A stretch of 64,000 bases of DNA from Lama guanicoe (Eukaryota): the NCBI GenBank assembly GCA_013239625.1, contig MU053561.1, positions 2,826 through 66,825 of the forward strand. Direction: 5' to 3'. The position numbers and the translations under genes are program-made. The notes under the pieces were generated by a model, which saw nothing but the letters and a program-made list of their open reading frames with translations, did not search any database and was not told the origin of the DNA. Positions 27,501-36,021 of this stretch are shown here, piece by piece; the stretch's first letter is position 1, and the number at the start of each line of letters is the position of its first letter.

Positions 27501-27518
27501 CCTGCAAATCTCCTTCAT
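410..27518 (-). CDS. PDE4DIP: Myomegalin short EB1-binding isoform (SMYLE/MMG8/EB-MMG), complete spliced CDS, 16 exons, predicted 1117 aa
   Basis: join(27518-26394,19801-19670,18974-18855,18646-18554,18412-18200,17175-17017,16170-16057,15865-15728,14640-14461,13572-13378,10995-10828,10654-10573,7225-7134,3258-3142,2817-2680,1808-1696,584-410 as terminal segment); splice sites canonical except one GC donor; phases consistent; translation matches recalled human myomegalin. Confidence 0.93.
1435..1600 (-). mobile_element. MIR remnant, one of many MIR/L2 fragments (others near 3990-4600, 5460-5670, 11330-11680, 13980-14220, 17490-17840, 40490-40670, 59920-60150, 63500-63720)
   Basis: gagtgcttactat...actgaggctcagag; boundaries approximate. 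Confidence 0.6.
1696..1808 (-). CDS. PDE4DIP: Exon LLLMLEGLVDERSRLNEALQAERQLYSSLVKFHAHPE(S)
   Basis: CCCCTCAG acceptor, GAG|GTAAGG donor, 113 nt. Confidence 0.95.
2680..2817 (-). CDS. PDE4DIP: Exon DLQMQLVDPEDIPAMERLTQEVLLLREKVASVESQGQEASGNRRQQ
   Basis: TTTTTAG acceptor, CAG|GTAAGT donor, 138 nt. Confidence 0.95.
3142..3258 (-). CDS. PDE4DIP: Exon MELSALQSMMAVQEEELQVQAADMESLTRNMQIKEDLIK
   Basis: CTCCACAG acceptor, weak AAG|GTCTTT donor, 117 nt. Confidence 0.92.
7134..7225 (-). CDS. PDE4DIP: Exon (G)DLDTIAGLEKELSNAKEELELMAKKERESR
   Basis: TTTTTAG acceptor, CGG|GTGAGT donor, 92 nt. Confidence 0.95.
7285..9735 (+). mobile_element. Ancient L1M (L1MC/ME-like) 3' remnants, fragmented
   Basis: gcattatttgtaatagcaaaa... 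and 3' end ...ttttcaaaataaaag; boundaries approximate. Confidence 0.6.
9577..9602 (+). repeat. (TG)13 microsatellite
   Basis: Directly visible. Confidence 0.97.
10573..10654 (-). CDS. PDE4DIP: Exon GSMHIPSRDDSTSLTARGDTSIPRSSL(G)
   Basis: TTTTTAG acceptor, TGG|GTAAGT donor, 82 nt, ends in phase 1. Confidence 0.93.
10828..10995 (-). CDS. PDE4DIP: Exon AAAEKMVQALMERNSELQALRQYLGG...GEQTDQ
   Basis: TTCCTAG acceptor, CAA|GTGAGA donor, 168 nt. Confidence 0.95.
12196..12380. mobile_element. MER5-like hAT-Charlie DNA transposon
   Basis: cagtggtt...gtgtggttcctggacc...gtgattct...tttgagaagc. Confidence 0.65.
13378..13572 (-). CDS. PDE4DIP: Exon DLSATLLCKLGPGQSEIAEELCQ...STREQESQ
   Basis: CTGTTAG acceptor, CAA|GTAAGG donor, 195 nt. 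Confidence 0.95.
14461..14640 (-). CDS. PDE4DIP: Exon SMESLLRAKGLEVEQL...HDRNKEVE (followed by GC donor)
   Basis: GGTAG acceptor, GAG|GCAAGA donor, 180 nt. Confidence 0.92.
14801..15177 (-). mobile_element. 5'-truncated L1 3' end, same subfamily as 54348-54580
   Basis: TSD catactggcctg at 14789-14800 and 15178-15189; poly-T; similar sequence to the nested copy. Confidence 0.9.
15728..15865 (-). CDS. PDE4DIP: Exon RAIDEKFSTLEEKEKELRQLHLAVRERDHDLERLRGVLSANEATMQ
   Basis: CTTTCAG acceptor, CAG|GTAAGA donor, 138 nt. Confidence 0.95.
16057..16170 (-). CDS. PDE4DIP: Exon EFRELLQYRDNLDRTLEANEMLLEKLRQRIQDRDVALE
   Basis: CATTAG acceptor, GAG|GTAGGT donor, 114 nt. Confidence 0.95.
17017..17175 (-). 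CDS. PDE4DIP: Exon ELRKALQQLQAELQNK...HKEQLLQ
   Basis: TTCAG acceptor, CAG|GTGAGT donor, 159 nt. Confidence 0.95.
17900..18146 (+). mobile_element. 5'-truncated L1 3'UTR fragment
   Basis: TSD ttattatcaggg at 17888-17899 and 18147-18158; tgtatagcacagggaactatat motif; A-tail. Confidence 0.88.
18200..18412 (-). CDS. PDE4DIP: Exon NSEGTSPTQQQVALLDLQ...EASWKHNQ
   Basis: TTTTCAG acceptor, CAG|GTAAAT donor, 213 nt. Confidence 0.95.
18554..18646 (-). CDS. PDE4DIP: Exon TEELYQVIEGQNDTMTKLREMLHQSQLGQLH
   Basis: TTTTCAG acceptor, CAT|GTATGT donor, 93 nt. Confidence 0.95.
18855..18974 (-). CDS. PDE4DIP: Exon ILQEKLNEMSYELKSAQESSQKQDGTIQSLKETLKSRESE
   Basis: TTCAG acceptor, GAG|GTAAAA donor, 120 nt. 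Confidence 0.95.
19670..19801 (-). CDS. PDE4DIP: First shared exon PVNEELLKQQKLNSDETVITQQSVSDSHLAELQEKIQQTEAANK
   Basis: CTTCCTAG acceptor, AAG|GTATGA donor, 132 nt. Confidence 0.95.
21320..21625. mobile_element. MER3/MER33-like hAT element inserted in an L2 remnant
   Basis: tccaatagaaata...caagtgctcaacagccacat...gaatagcacag. Confidence 0.7.
22699..22733 (+). repeat. Imperfect (GATA)n repeat
   Basis: gatagataaatagatagagagacagatagatagat. Confidence 0.8.
24897..24998 (-). mobile_element. tRNA-Ala-derived SINE (vic-1-like)
   Basis: GGGGAGGGTATAGCTCAG...GTTCAATCCCCAGTACCTCC head, A-rich tail, TSD tattggcc. Confidence 0.88.
26394..27518 (-). CDS. PDE4DIP: Alternative first coding exon of short isoform (375 aa, MKEICRICAREL...LPLRVQ) with Cys-rich N-terminus and SKLP EB-binding motif at residues 309-312 (26583-26594)
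   Basis: Part of 399-aa ORF; ATG in AAG ATG A context; CAG|GTATAC phase-0 donor; matches recalled MMG8/SMYLE N-terminus. Confidence 0.96.
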
Positions 27519-28500
27519 CTTCTCTCCTGCGGTTGCCGAGCTTCCTGGAGGCGGCTGCTGCGCGGTGATCATTCACCGGTTCTTGGCTGCGTTGCGTCTC
27601 CCGCCTCGGTGGCCTCCGGCCCGCATGGCACAGCTGGGTGAGGTCCCAACTCTGCAGGGGCGCTCCTCCGCCAGCCGAGCGCGGGCTCTGGGTACCAGAG
27701 TGGTCAGCCCCGCCCCGCCCCTCCGCGAGGGGGCGGGCGAGGAAACGCTTCAGGGGGATGCTGAGTGACAGCAGCGCAGGCCACGCTCGAAACCTGCCGC
27801 GTCTCCTCCAGCTGTCTCTCCCGCCACCGCCGCGTCCTCAATGTCCTCCCTGTTAACAGGCTGGGTTCTCGGTGCACTGGCTGCCGCCCGCTGCTGACGC
27901 AAAGCCGCGGAGATTGAGGATCAGATTTCAAGATGGCGCCAGCGGCCCGGCGCCTGCGGCCACCGGCAAACTCCTCTGGGAGCTGTAGTCCGGAAGGCCG
28001 GCTCCTCGCTCTGCGCATGCGGGGTGGCGAGTGCGTCCACCTCGCCGCCTGCTTGCTTACTGCTCCTCGCCGTAAAAGGCTGACCTGGCTCACAGTGGGT
28101 ACCCGGTTGGAAAGCAGGGCGGATGCCGACCACTGCCAGGACACTTTCTACTGCTAAAATTTCACCCCAAGAGCACGCCAGTTCCCTCACGGATCCTCCC
28201 TCCTGCCGCTGCGGGATGTTCCGAGGCTCTGCGTGGGGAGGAGAAAGCCGACTCCCCTCCCCCTCTCTCCACGGGTAGTGCCACGTACCCTGGATGGAGC
28301 AGCCTGGCAGCACCACTAGGTACCGCTGCGCGCCACCTCCCTCCGGCCTGCAACCCCTCCCCACCCAGTCCGGTGCCGGAATTAAAAGGCCCTGGGGCGT
28401 AAAAGGCCCCGGGGAGAAAGGGTTGATAAACCAGCGGGGGGCAGGCAGGTAGGGCGGGTCTTAGGAGGCTCAGTTCGGCCTTTCCCTCGACTGCTGGGCT
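27380..28500. promoter_or_regulatory. CpG island / internal promoter of the short isoform
   Basis: Dense CpG/GC; GC boxes (27709-27738, 28452-28458), YY1-like CAAGATGGCG 27929-27938, ZNF143-like ACTACAGCTCCCAG 27976-27989 (minus), ETS CCGGAAG 27990-27996, NRF1-like TGCGCATGCG 28012-28021. Confidence 0.9.
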
Positions 28501-31500
28501 TATCTAGAAAAGAGGACAAGTGTTTCTCTTCATTATGTTGAGGTTGAGTTTAGCATTCCTGGATGATTCGCCCTTTTAAAGAAAAGAAATCGAGAGAAGG
28601 CATAAAGCAGACACCCGAGAAAGAGCCCAGCAAATATACCACATGAATGTAGCTGGTTAACCAAGATTTTGAAGATGATAGAAGAGAAAATGAGCTTTTT
28701 TTCAAGAATGTTGACACCTGAGCGTAGACTGCCATCACCGAATCCTCCTTCAGGTTCAGGTAGACTGCAGGTCTTATTTTGAGGCGGGAAGGGGAGACAA
28801 AACACCAGAACAAAAGGCCTTGTTTATCTGAGCAAGAGTCCAGAGTGTCAGGGAGGGATTCCATCTGCAGAAATTGAGCTGGGAATTTCCCTGACTTCAG
28901 TTAGGACCCTGTCTTATTCCACATTATCCAGTAGTGAGTCACCCCACCCTTGTGTCTAGAACTTGGGTGCACACAAGGGGAACTGGAGCTCTCTCTAGGT
29001 GGAATCGAGGTGTCAGCATCCATTTGTAATAAAGAATTCTCTCCCTGTCTTAAGAGATACGCAGACTCCAGATGGGAGGAGAAACAGTCCCAAGCAATCA
29101 TCTGGAGTTTCCCCAGAGCAGGACACTTTGCACTTATGATAATGCTACTCTTCACTAACTTGACCTTGTGAGTTAAGGTCAGCAACAGTCTTAAGTATTT
29201 CTGAACCCCATCTGCAGGACAGACCCCATACTCCTAAACCTGGAGACATCCAAATGCCTTCAGTGAGAGCCCCCAGACTTTTTATTGAGGATTAAATGAG
29301 ATGATTTGGGAAAGTGCTTTAAAAGAATCTGGCTCATTAAATAATAGCTAATATTATTATTTTATTATTATTATAATGGGAATAGTTTAAAGTAACCTTA
29401 AAACTTTATGGGGCTCTGCACACATAAGATTGTATCGTTCTCTTATTTAATCATCAAAACAAAATCTTAGTAGCTCCTTTGTGAGAGGTAAGGACCGTCC
29501 TTAGAGCTTTGGGTTTAGTAGGCTATAGAACTCTACATCTGTGATTTCACCTAAATATTCATCTTCAGGCCCCGAAACCAAGAATGTAAAATAGAGTGAA
29601 ACTCGCTACAGGTGCATTTTTGCCTGCTTCTAGGTATATGAGCTTCAGAGTCACAAATTAAGTAACAATCTTTGGAATCTATAGTGATCTGTAGAGAGGC
29701 AAGGAGTTTCCAGCCTGCCAGCACACTCCTACCCTGCTGTACCCTGTCCTAAGTATTGTCCTAAAGAACAGCAAGGACTCAAAAGTCCAAAGAGTGCAAA
29801 TTAAGACATTAATCAAGGCCTCATCTTTGACTGGCAGTGCAAGCCACGTTTTCCTATTGGGGAAAATGCTAATGAAACAAAGTACTCTTCAGGAGCAAAT
29901 TCTGAATAGTACTTTGTATTATTCTATATTCCTTCATAAGATTTTGCATCTGACCTGTGTCTCTAAACTTTAATGACAATATGTAGGTAATTGGCCCAGA
30001 AGTGCAAGTCAGTACAAGTGGAGAAAAGGCAATTTACCATTGAAGAATATATCTGCTATAATTAAAGAGCAACATCCTGAAAGAGACGGCTTCCAGCAAC
30101 AGATAGGAATAAATCACTCAACAATTGAAGAAAATTTGAAGATAGCACTCTATCCACTCCTAGAGAAAATATTTAAAGACCAAGACTCAAAGTGGATAGT
30201 AAACTAGAATACCGGAACTTCTCCTAAGATGATCCCTTGATATTGGAAAACTAAAAGATTACTTTGTATAGACCATAAAACTTGAAAATAAAAACTAAAA
30301 AATGAAACTTAGAAGAAAAATTATGTGATGATAAGTTCAGCACTTCATGGTTCTTATCAGTATCAACTTGATAAGGATTGTGTATTGAGTTAACACTGGC
30401 TACCTATGGGGAGTCAAGCCAACTGGGGAGCCAAACAGGAACATTTATTTTTATTCTATACACCATGTATCATTTGAGCTTTGGGCAATGAATGTATATT
30501 CACATACTGTTTTTAAAAGGTTTTAAAACTAGGAAATACTCTATAGTTAAAACTAAGAATTGTGCCAGTTTAAGACACTTAAAAGTCTGAGTGGTAAAAC
30601 TTGATCCTAAAATGATAATTTTTGTAATGTATATTATAAATATATATAATATATGTGGACAACTTACAGAAACAAGGATTCAAGGGGATAGACAAGTTAT
30701 TAAATAGTGATTGTGTCTGGAGAGTGGAATTGTTGTTACTGATTTTCTTCTTTCCTTATTTGTATTCTGTAATTTTCTAAAATAAGCACATACTGTGTTT
30801 ATGAGAAGAAAAAATTTGTTATTAAGACAAAGGTAGGATAAACACATTTTGATATGTTCATATAATGTAAGACTAACCACCAATGAAGAAGGAATAAACT
30901 CTGATACCCACAACATGAATGAGTCTCAAAAGCATGTTAAGTGAAATAAGCCACATCTGTACATCCCATGTGATTCCATTTGTTTTAAGTCTAACAACTC
31001 AAAGTCTGACAATTCCTATAATGATAGAAATTCAGAAAGTGGCTATGGGGAGTGAGGTAGGATGAGAACTGACTGCAGAGGGGCACAAAGAAATTTTCTA
31101 GGTTGATGAAAATGTTCTATATCTTGTTTTGGGTGATGGTTACATGGACATGTAGTTTTAAAGCTCACTCAACTGAATGCTTAGATCTGCAGATTTTATC
31201 TGTTAGTATAGTTCACTTAAAAATATTAAAAGGAGTAAAGAAACATAAAAACATGTATTACCCATAAACTTTTAACCTGAGTGATTTCTTTGGTGGAAAG
31301 TAATCCCCACTTTATTATAAGAATAGCTTTGAAAACTGAAAAGATAAAATATAGCCCAGAAGAAATTCTATAAAAGGCCCAACTGCAATTTCAGAATTTC
31401 ATAGTTCCTATCTATGTGAGCTTTGGAAATTATTATTTTATATACATTTACACACCACACATTTATGATTGAAGCAAAGCATGTTATTAAGGTGAGACCT

Positions 31501-31745
31501 AGGTCTTTTGGGATGATTACTTCTAAAACTTATCAAAGGTACATAGTAAAAGAAAATTTTACTGAGAACAAGTTTCGTATTATGATAAGCTATAATGAAT
31601 TAAACAAGTGATTCATTTTATATATCAGCAGTTTGCCCTCAAAATGGACCAAAAGATGCATTCACAAGCACGTATTTGCTCTATATCCTAGGTCAAATCA
31701 CTTGTATCTGGCCCTTAATTTCCTAATCTACAAAATGAATGTAAA

Positions 31746-31915
31746 CAGTGGTTTTCAGCCTTTGGCATGCACCGGAATCACCTGGAAGGCTTGCTGAAAA
31801 GTGACTTAACACATTTCTAATTCACTTGGCCTGGGGAAGGGTTCAAGAATTTGCCTTCCTAACGAATCCCCAGATCATGCTGAAGCTGCTGAGAACCACA
31901 CTTTGAAAACTACCG
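31746..31915. mobile_element. MER5A-like hAT-Charlie DNA transposon
   Basis: cagtggttttca...gaatcacctgg...ccacactttgaaaactaccg. Confidence 0.75.
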
Positions 31916-34679
31916 AATTAGAACTCTTCAACTGTATTCAGAAAAATCTCAGTTCAAAAATCAGAAGTTCTGCAGATAAATGGAAAAACCCATCAATGAA
32001 GAACTACGAACAAAGCTGTTGAATTTAAAGAACTGTATACCCACTTGGAACAAGAGTCCTAAGCAGTATTATGGTAAGGATCTTTTGCACTATCTCTGTT
32101 TTGATCTCTAGATTTGGGGACCTGGGAAGTTTCTCTTAGAACAGTTGCTACTTTTGTACCCCCTGAGTTGTCATGTTTCTAAGACCTAATTCTGGGCTGG
32201 GAGGGAATTTCCAAGAGGTGGAAAATCCCCATATCCCAAACCAGTTGTATTAGGTTTCATTACCCTAGTTATGACATTGGAAATAGCTGTTCTAGTTACT
32301 AAAAACTATACCAAGAAACAAAAAATGTGATTCTGATAGAGAAGCTAAAGCAGATGAGGAAATGCAAGAATATCAAAGTAAAGCCAAGTTAGGCTTAACG
32401 GTACCACCACAAGCACGTGTGTGACTTCCCTCTGCTGGCTGGAAATCTTTAAGAAGCCAGAAACAATCATGCTTTGCATTAATTAATAACACAGCACTTC
32501 AAAATACTTGTTTTAAAACCAGGAGATTTCAAGTTCAACTGCAGATTACAATAATATGGTTATCAGCAGAATTTATCCTAAAATAGTAAACATTAGAGTC
32601 TTTCAAGTTATTAAATACCTATAGCTGTTTAAGTGAATTTCAAAATATTTGTTAAATCAGTCAACCAATGCAATTTATGCAAACTCAATATTTTTTTCCT
32701 CTGTCTTCAGGGAGCTTTTCATTTTAGCTGAAGGGTGGAGAATGTGCATGCTACAGTTAGAACAACTGACTGGTGAACTAAAGGTTACTGATTTAACTTC
32801 ATTGTCAATGCAGAAAAAGTGGATATAAGTATAGGCTGATACAGGTGAAAGAGGGCAAGAGTGGGACTTGAGTCTTACGATGGAGGAAACCAAGGAAAGG
32901 ACTCCAGAAAAACAAAACAGCATCATCCAAAGTCTTGGAAGTTGAGTTAAACATGGTGCTAACCTGAAGGTAAAGGGAGATGTTGAGGATTTTGTGGGAC
33001 ATCTGAATGGCCAGGTTCATCCTACTCTATACATCTAGCTGTACATACGCTCTGTACATCTCGATAATTGCTCAAAGAACATGTACAAAGGGCCAACTAA
33101 GCCAGACACTGTGCTGTGGGGGGGGGGCCTTGGCAACTAGAATTTGGTTAATGTTTGACAAAGGCAAAAGAATGTGGACTTCATGTTATGAACTTTAGCA
33201 CAGGATGGCATGATAACAAGTTTATTTTAGGAAAATTAGGCCACAAGATGGCTTGGAGTTTCAGGAACACATTTTGGGATGGTTACAGAAAGACTTGTTT
33301 TAAAGCCATTGCAATTACTCATGTGTGGGATAATAAAGGTCTGCTTTAAAAATGGAAAGAAAATGGTAAATATGAGAATCATTTTGAAGGAATGAATAGC
33401 CAGGCTTGATGATGTACATGCAGAGAGGATGAAGGGGGGTAAGGGAAGGTTAAAAATGCAGATAAGGTTTCTGGTCTGAAAGACTGGTTTAAAAAAAATG
33501 ATCAAAATAAACAGAAATGTGGGAGTTGAAGAGTCCATTTGCAAAAAAAAGGGAAAAGTATAATTTGGGACATGCTGAGTTTAGGTGACTGAGAAAGCTA
33601 AGTGGAAAAACTAAGTCGAGCTCTTCCACAATCAAAACACAGGTAAGAGGGGAACAGAGTTTCAGAAAATGAGAGGGGCGGTTAACATTGTCAGCATCAG
33701 GAGAGATGAGGTCAGGCATATCATTTTCTACAACAAAGTAGACTTGTAAACTAAAGACTTGTTACCTTTAACTCCTCAGAATCCTTCTCTCTCAAGCCAA
33801 AGCTGAGTTCTTTTTGACCCCATTTCTGAACATCTCTAGTGTGTTCAGAAATGTTGCTTCACATTTTCCTTTTCAGGTTCTCAAAACCTGAAACCTGAAC
33901 CATGTCATACAGCCTTAGAAGCTTACCCCTTTAGTCTTCCTGCATACTATTTCCAGAACATTTGTAGTAAACATCCACAGTTGTCCACTACCTATCGCAT
34001 GAAGTCCAAAACCCTTAGCCTGGCATTTCAGTACTTCTACAAAAAGATCCTTATCTACTTCCTTTTCGGCTCATCTCACATTTCTTCCCTAACCAAATGG
34101 TGATGGTAAATTTTTGGACATGGATAGTTGTGTTCCCTGTATACCCCTACCTCCGTCTTTCCTAGTCTGATGGTGAGGCTCTTAGCATTCCCTTGACTGG
34201 GGAGTTTTGGCAGAGCAAAGAGCAGAGACTGACTGTGGTCAAATGCATTTCCCGACTTTGAAAAATTCTAAACCCACTGAGAAGATTAAGCCAGGTGTCC
34301 CAGGGGGGAAAAGGAGAGAAATGTCTTTGAGGTCAACAAAAGAGAAGGTGAGATTTCACCCGTATCGGGAAGAGACTTGGGGTCTAAGAGTAACAGGGAC
34401 CCACCCCCATTCCATGTCAGTGTGCTGGGGAAGCAGCAGCACCTGGGGGGAGAAGGCAGTAGATGACCTGGAGAAGCTAGACTTTAGGTCAGGGGGCTCC
34501 ATAAAAGATTCCAGGGTAGGAAGCAGTGAGGAATGGTAGAACTGTGTGTGCTGCGGCAGTGAGTCTTCAGTGGTGGACCAATGATCAGAGTAGTTTCCTT
34601 GATGCTTCAACATCAGGTAAAAACCAGGCACATTCACCTTCACATAACTGAGAGATTGGGGAGGAGGCAGTGTCAAGTG

Positions 34680-35440
34680 AATGGATTAGAGGGTTGTCAG
34701 TCCCATCCCCCAACTTCCTGGGAGGGGAAAGAGGGTGGAAATTGAATCAATCACCAATGGTTAATGATTTTATCAAGCATGCTTTTGTAATGAAGCCTCC
34801 ATAAAAACCCAAGAGGACTGGGTTCAGAGAGCTTCTGGGCTAGTGAACACATGGAAGTTCAGGGAGAGTATTATGCCTGGTGAGGGCACGGAAGCTCCAC
34901 ACCCATTCCCACATCCCTTGCCCTATGAATATCTCCCATCTTGCTGTTCCAGTTATATCCTTATGTGATAAACAGGGATCCAGTAAGTAAAACATTTCTC
35001 TAAGTTCTGTGAGCTGCTCTAGCAGGTTAATCTAACCTAAGGAGGGGGTGATGGGAACCTCTAATTTATAGCCAGCCAGTCAGAAGTACACGTAACAGTC
35101 TGGACTTGCAACTGGTGTCTGAAGTCCGAAGTCCAAGGAGGGGGTTGTTGGAACCTCCAGTCTATTGCTGGTCAGATGCACAGGTGATACTCTGGGATTG
35201 TGACTGCTGTTTGAAGTCCAGAGGCAGGAAGGGAGGAGGATGGGGAGTGGGAGGGCTGTGGAGGCAGTCTTGTAAGACTGAATCCTTAACCAGTGGGATC
35301 CATGCTATCTCCAGGTAGATAATGTCAGAACTCAGTTGAATTCTTGGATACCCTGCTGTGTCCAAGAATTGCTTGGTGTTGTGTGGGAAGTGCCCCTGCT
35401 CTCAGCACACGTCTTGGAATTGGTGATCAGAACCACTGAA
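34680..35440 (+). mobile_element. MER21-like LTR remnant
   Basis: aatcaccaatgg...gtaatgaagcctccataaaaaccc...tatctccaggtagataatgtcagaa; boundaries approximate. Confidence 0.7.
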
Positions 35441-35619
35441 AGAGTATCTTTATCCCACATTTCTCCTCTGAGTTCAACTCTCTAATGGCCAACTGCCTAT
35501 TTATATGTGCATCTGTAGGTGCCAGAGACATCTCAGAATTATCCCAGGAAAGACTGAACTCTTGACTGACATCTTCCCTTACCTATAGTGCCTCCCTCTC
35601 CTTCCTCTTAATTCTCTAT

Positions 35620-35797
35620 TAAGGGTCAGGGAACTGTGGACTGTGGGCTAAATCCAACACCACCCTGTTCTTATAAATAAAGTTTTACTGGAACACAGCC
35701 ATGCACATCCTGCATGTATTGGCTGTTTTTGCACTACAACAGCAAATTCTGAATTATTTACTATCTGGCCTTTTCCAGAAAAAGTTCACTGATCCTT
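35620..35797. mobile_element. MER58A-like hAT element
   Basis: gggtcag...aataaagttttactggaacacagccatgc...tggccttttccagaaaaagtt. Confidence 0.75.
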
Positions 35798-35993
35798 GCT
35801 CTTTTCAATGTAGTTATCACAATTTGCAACTATTTATTTGTTTTATTACATGGTTATTTACCTATCTCCCTTATTAGCATGTAAGCTCCCTGAGGGGAAG
35901 GACTCTGGCTTGTTTGTTCTTAAACTGTTTCTCCAGCGCCTAACAGCACCACTGTCTGGCCATGATAGGCACTCAATAAACAGTCACTGACTG

Positions 35994-36021
35994 GAATGAA
36001 TGAATGAATGAATGAATGAAT
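35994..36021 (+). repeat. (GAAT)n repeat at the 3' end of an L2
   Basis: Directly visible after gcactcaataaa. Confidence 0.85.

Noticed and set aside
26373..27572. 399-aa ORF as a stand-alone single-exon gene
   Set aside because: It is the PDE4DIP alternative first exon; the last six codons (VYKMAA) lie past the phase-0 donor
27704..28364. 146-147 aa minus-strand ORFs in the CpG island
   Set aside because: Expected from stop-codon scarcity in GC-rich DNA; no protein-like signature
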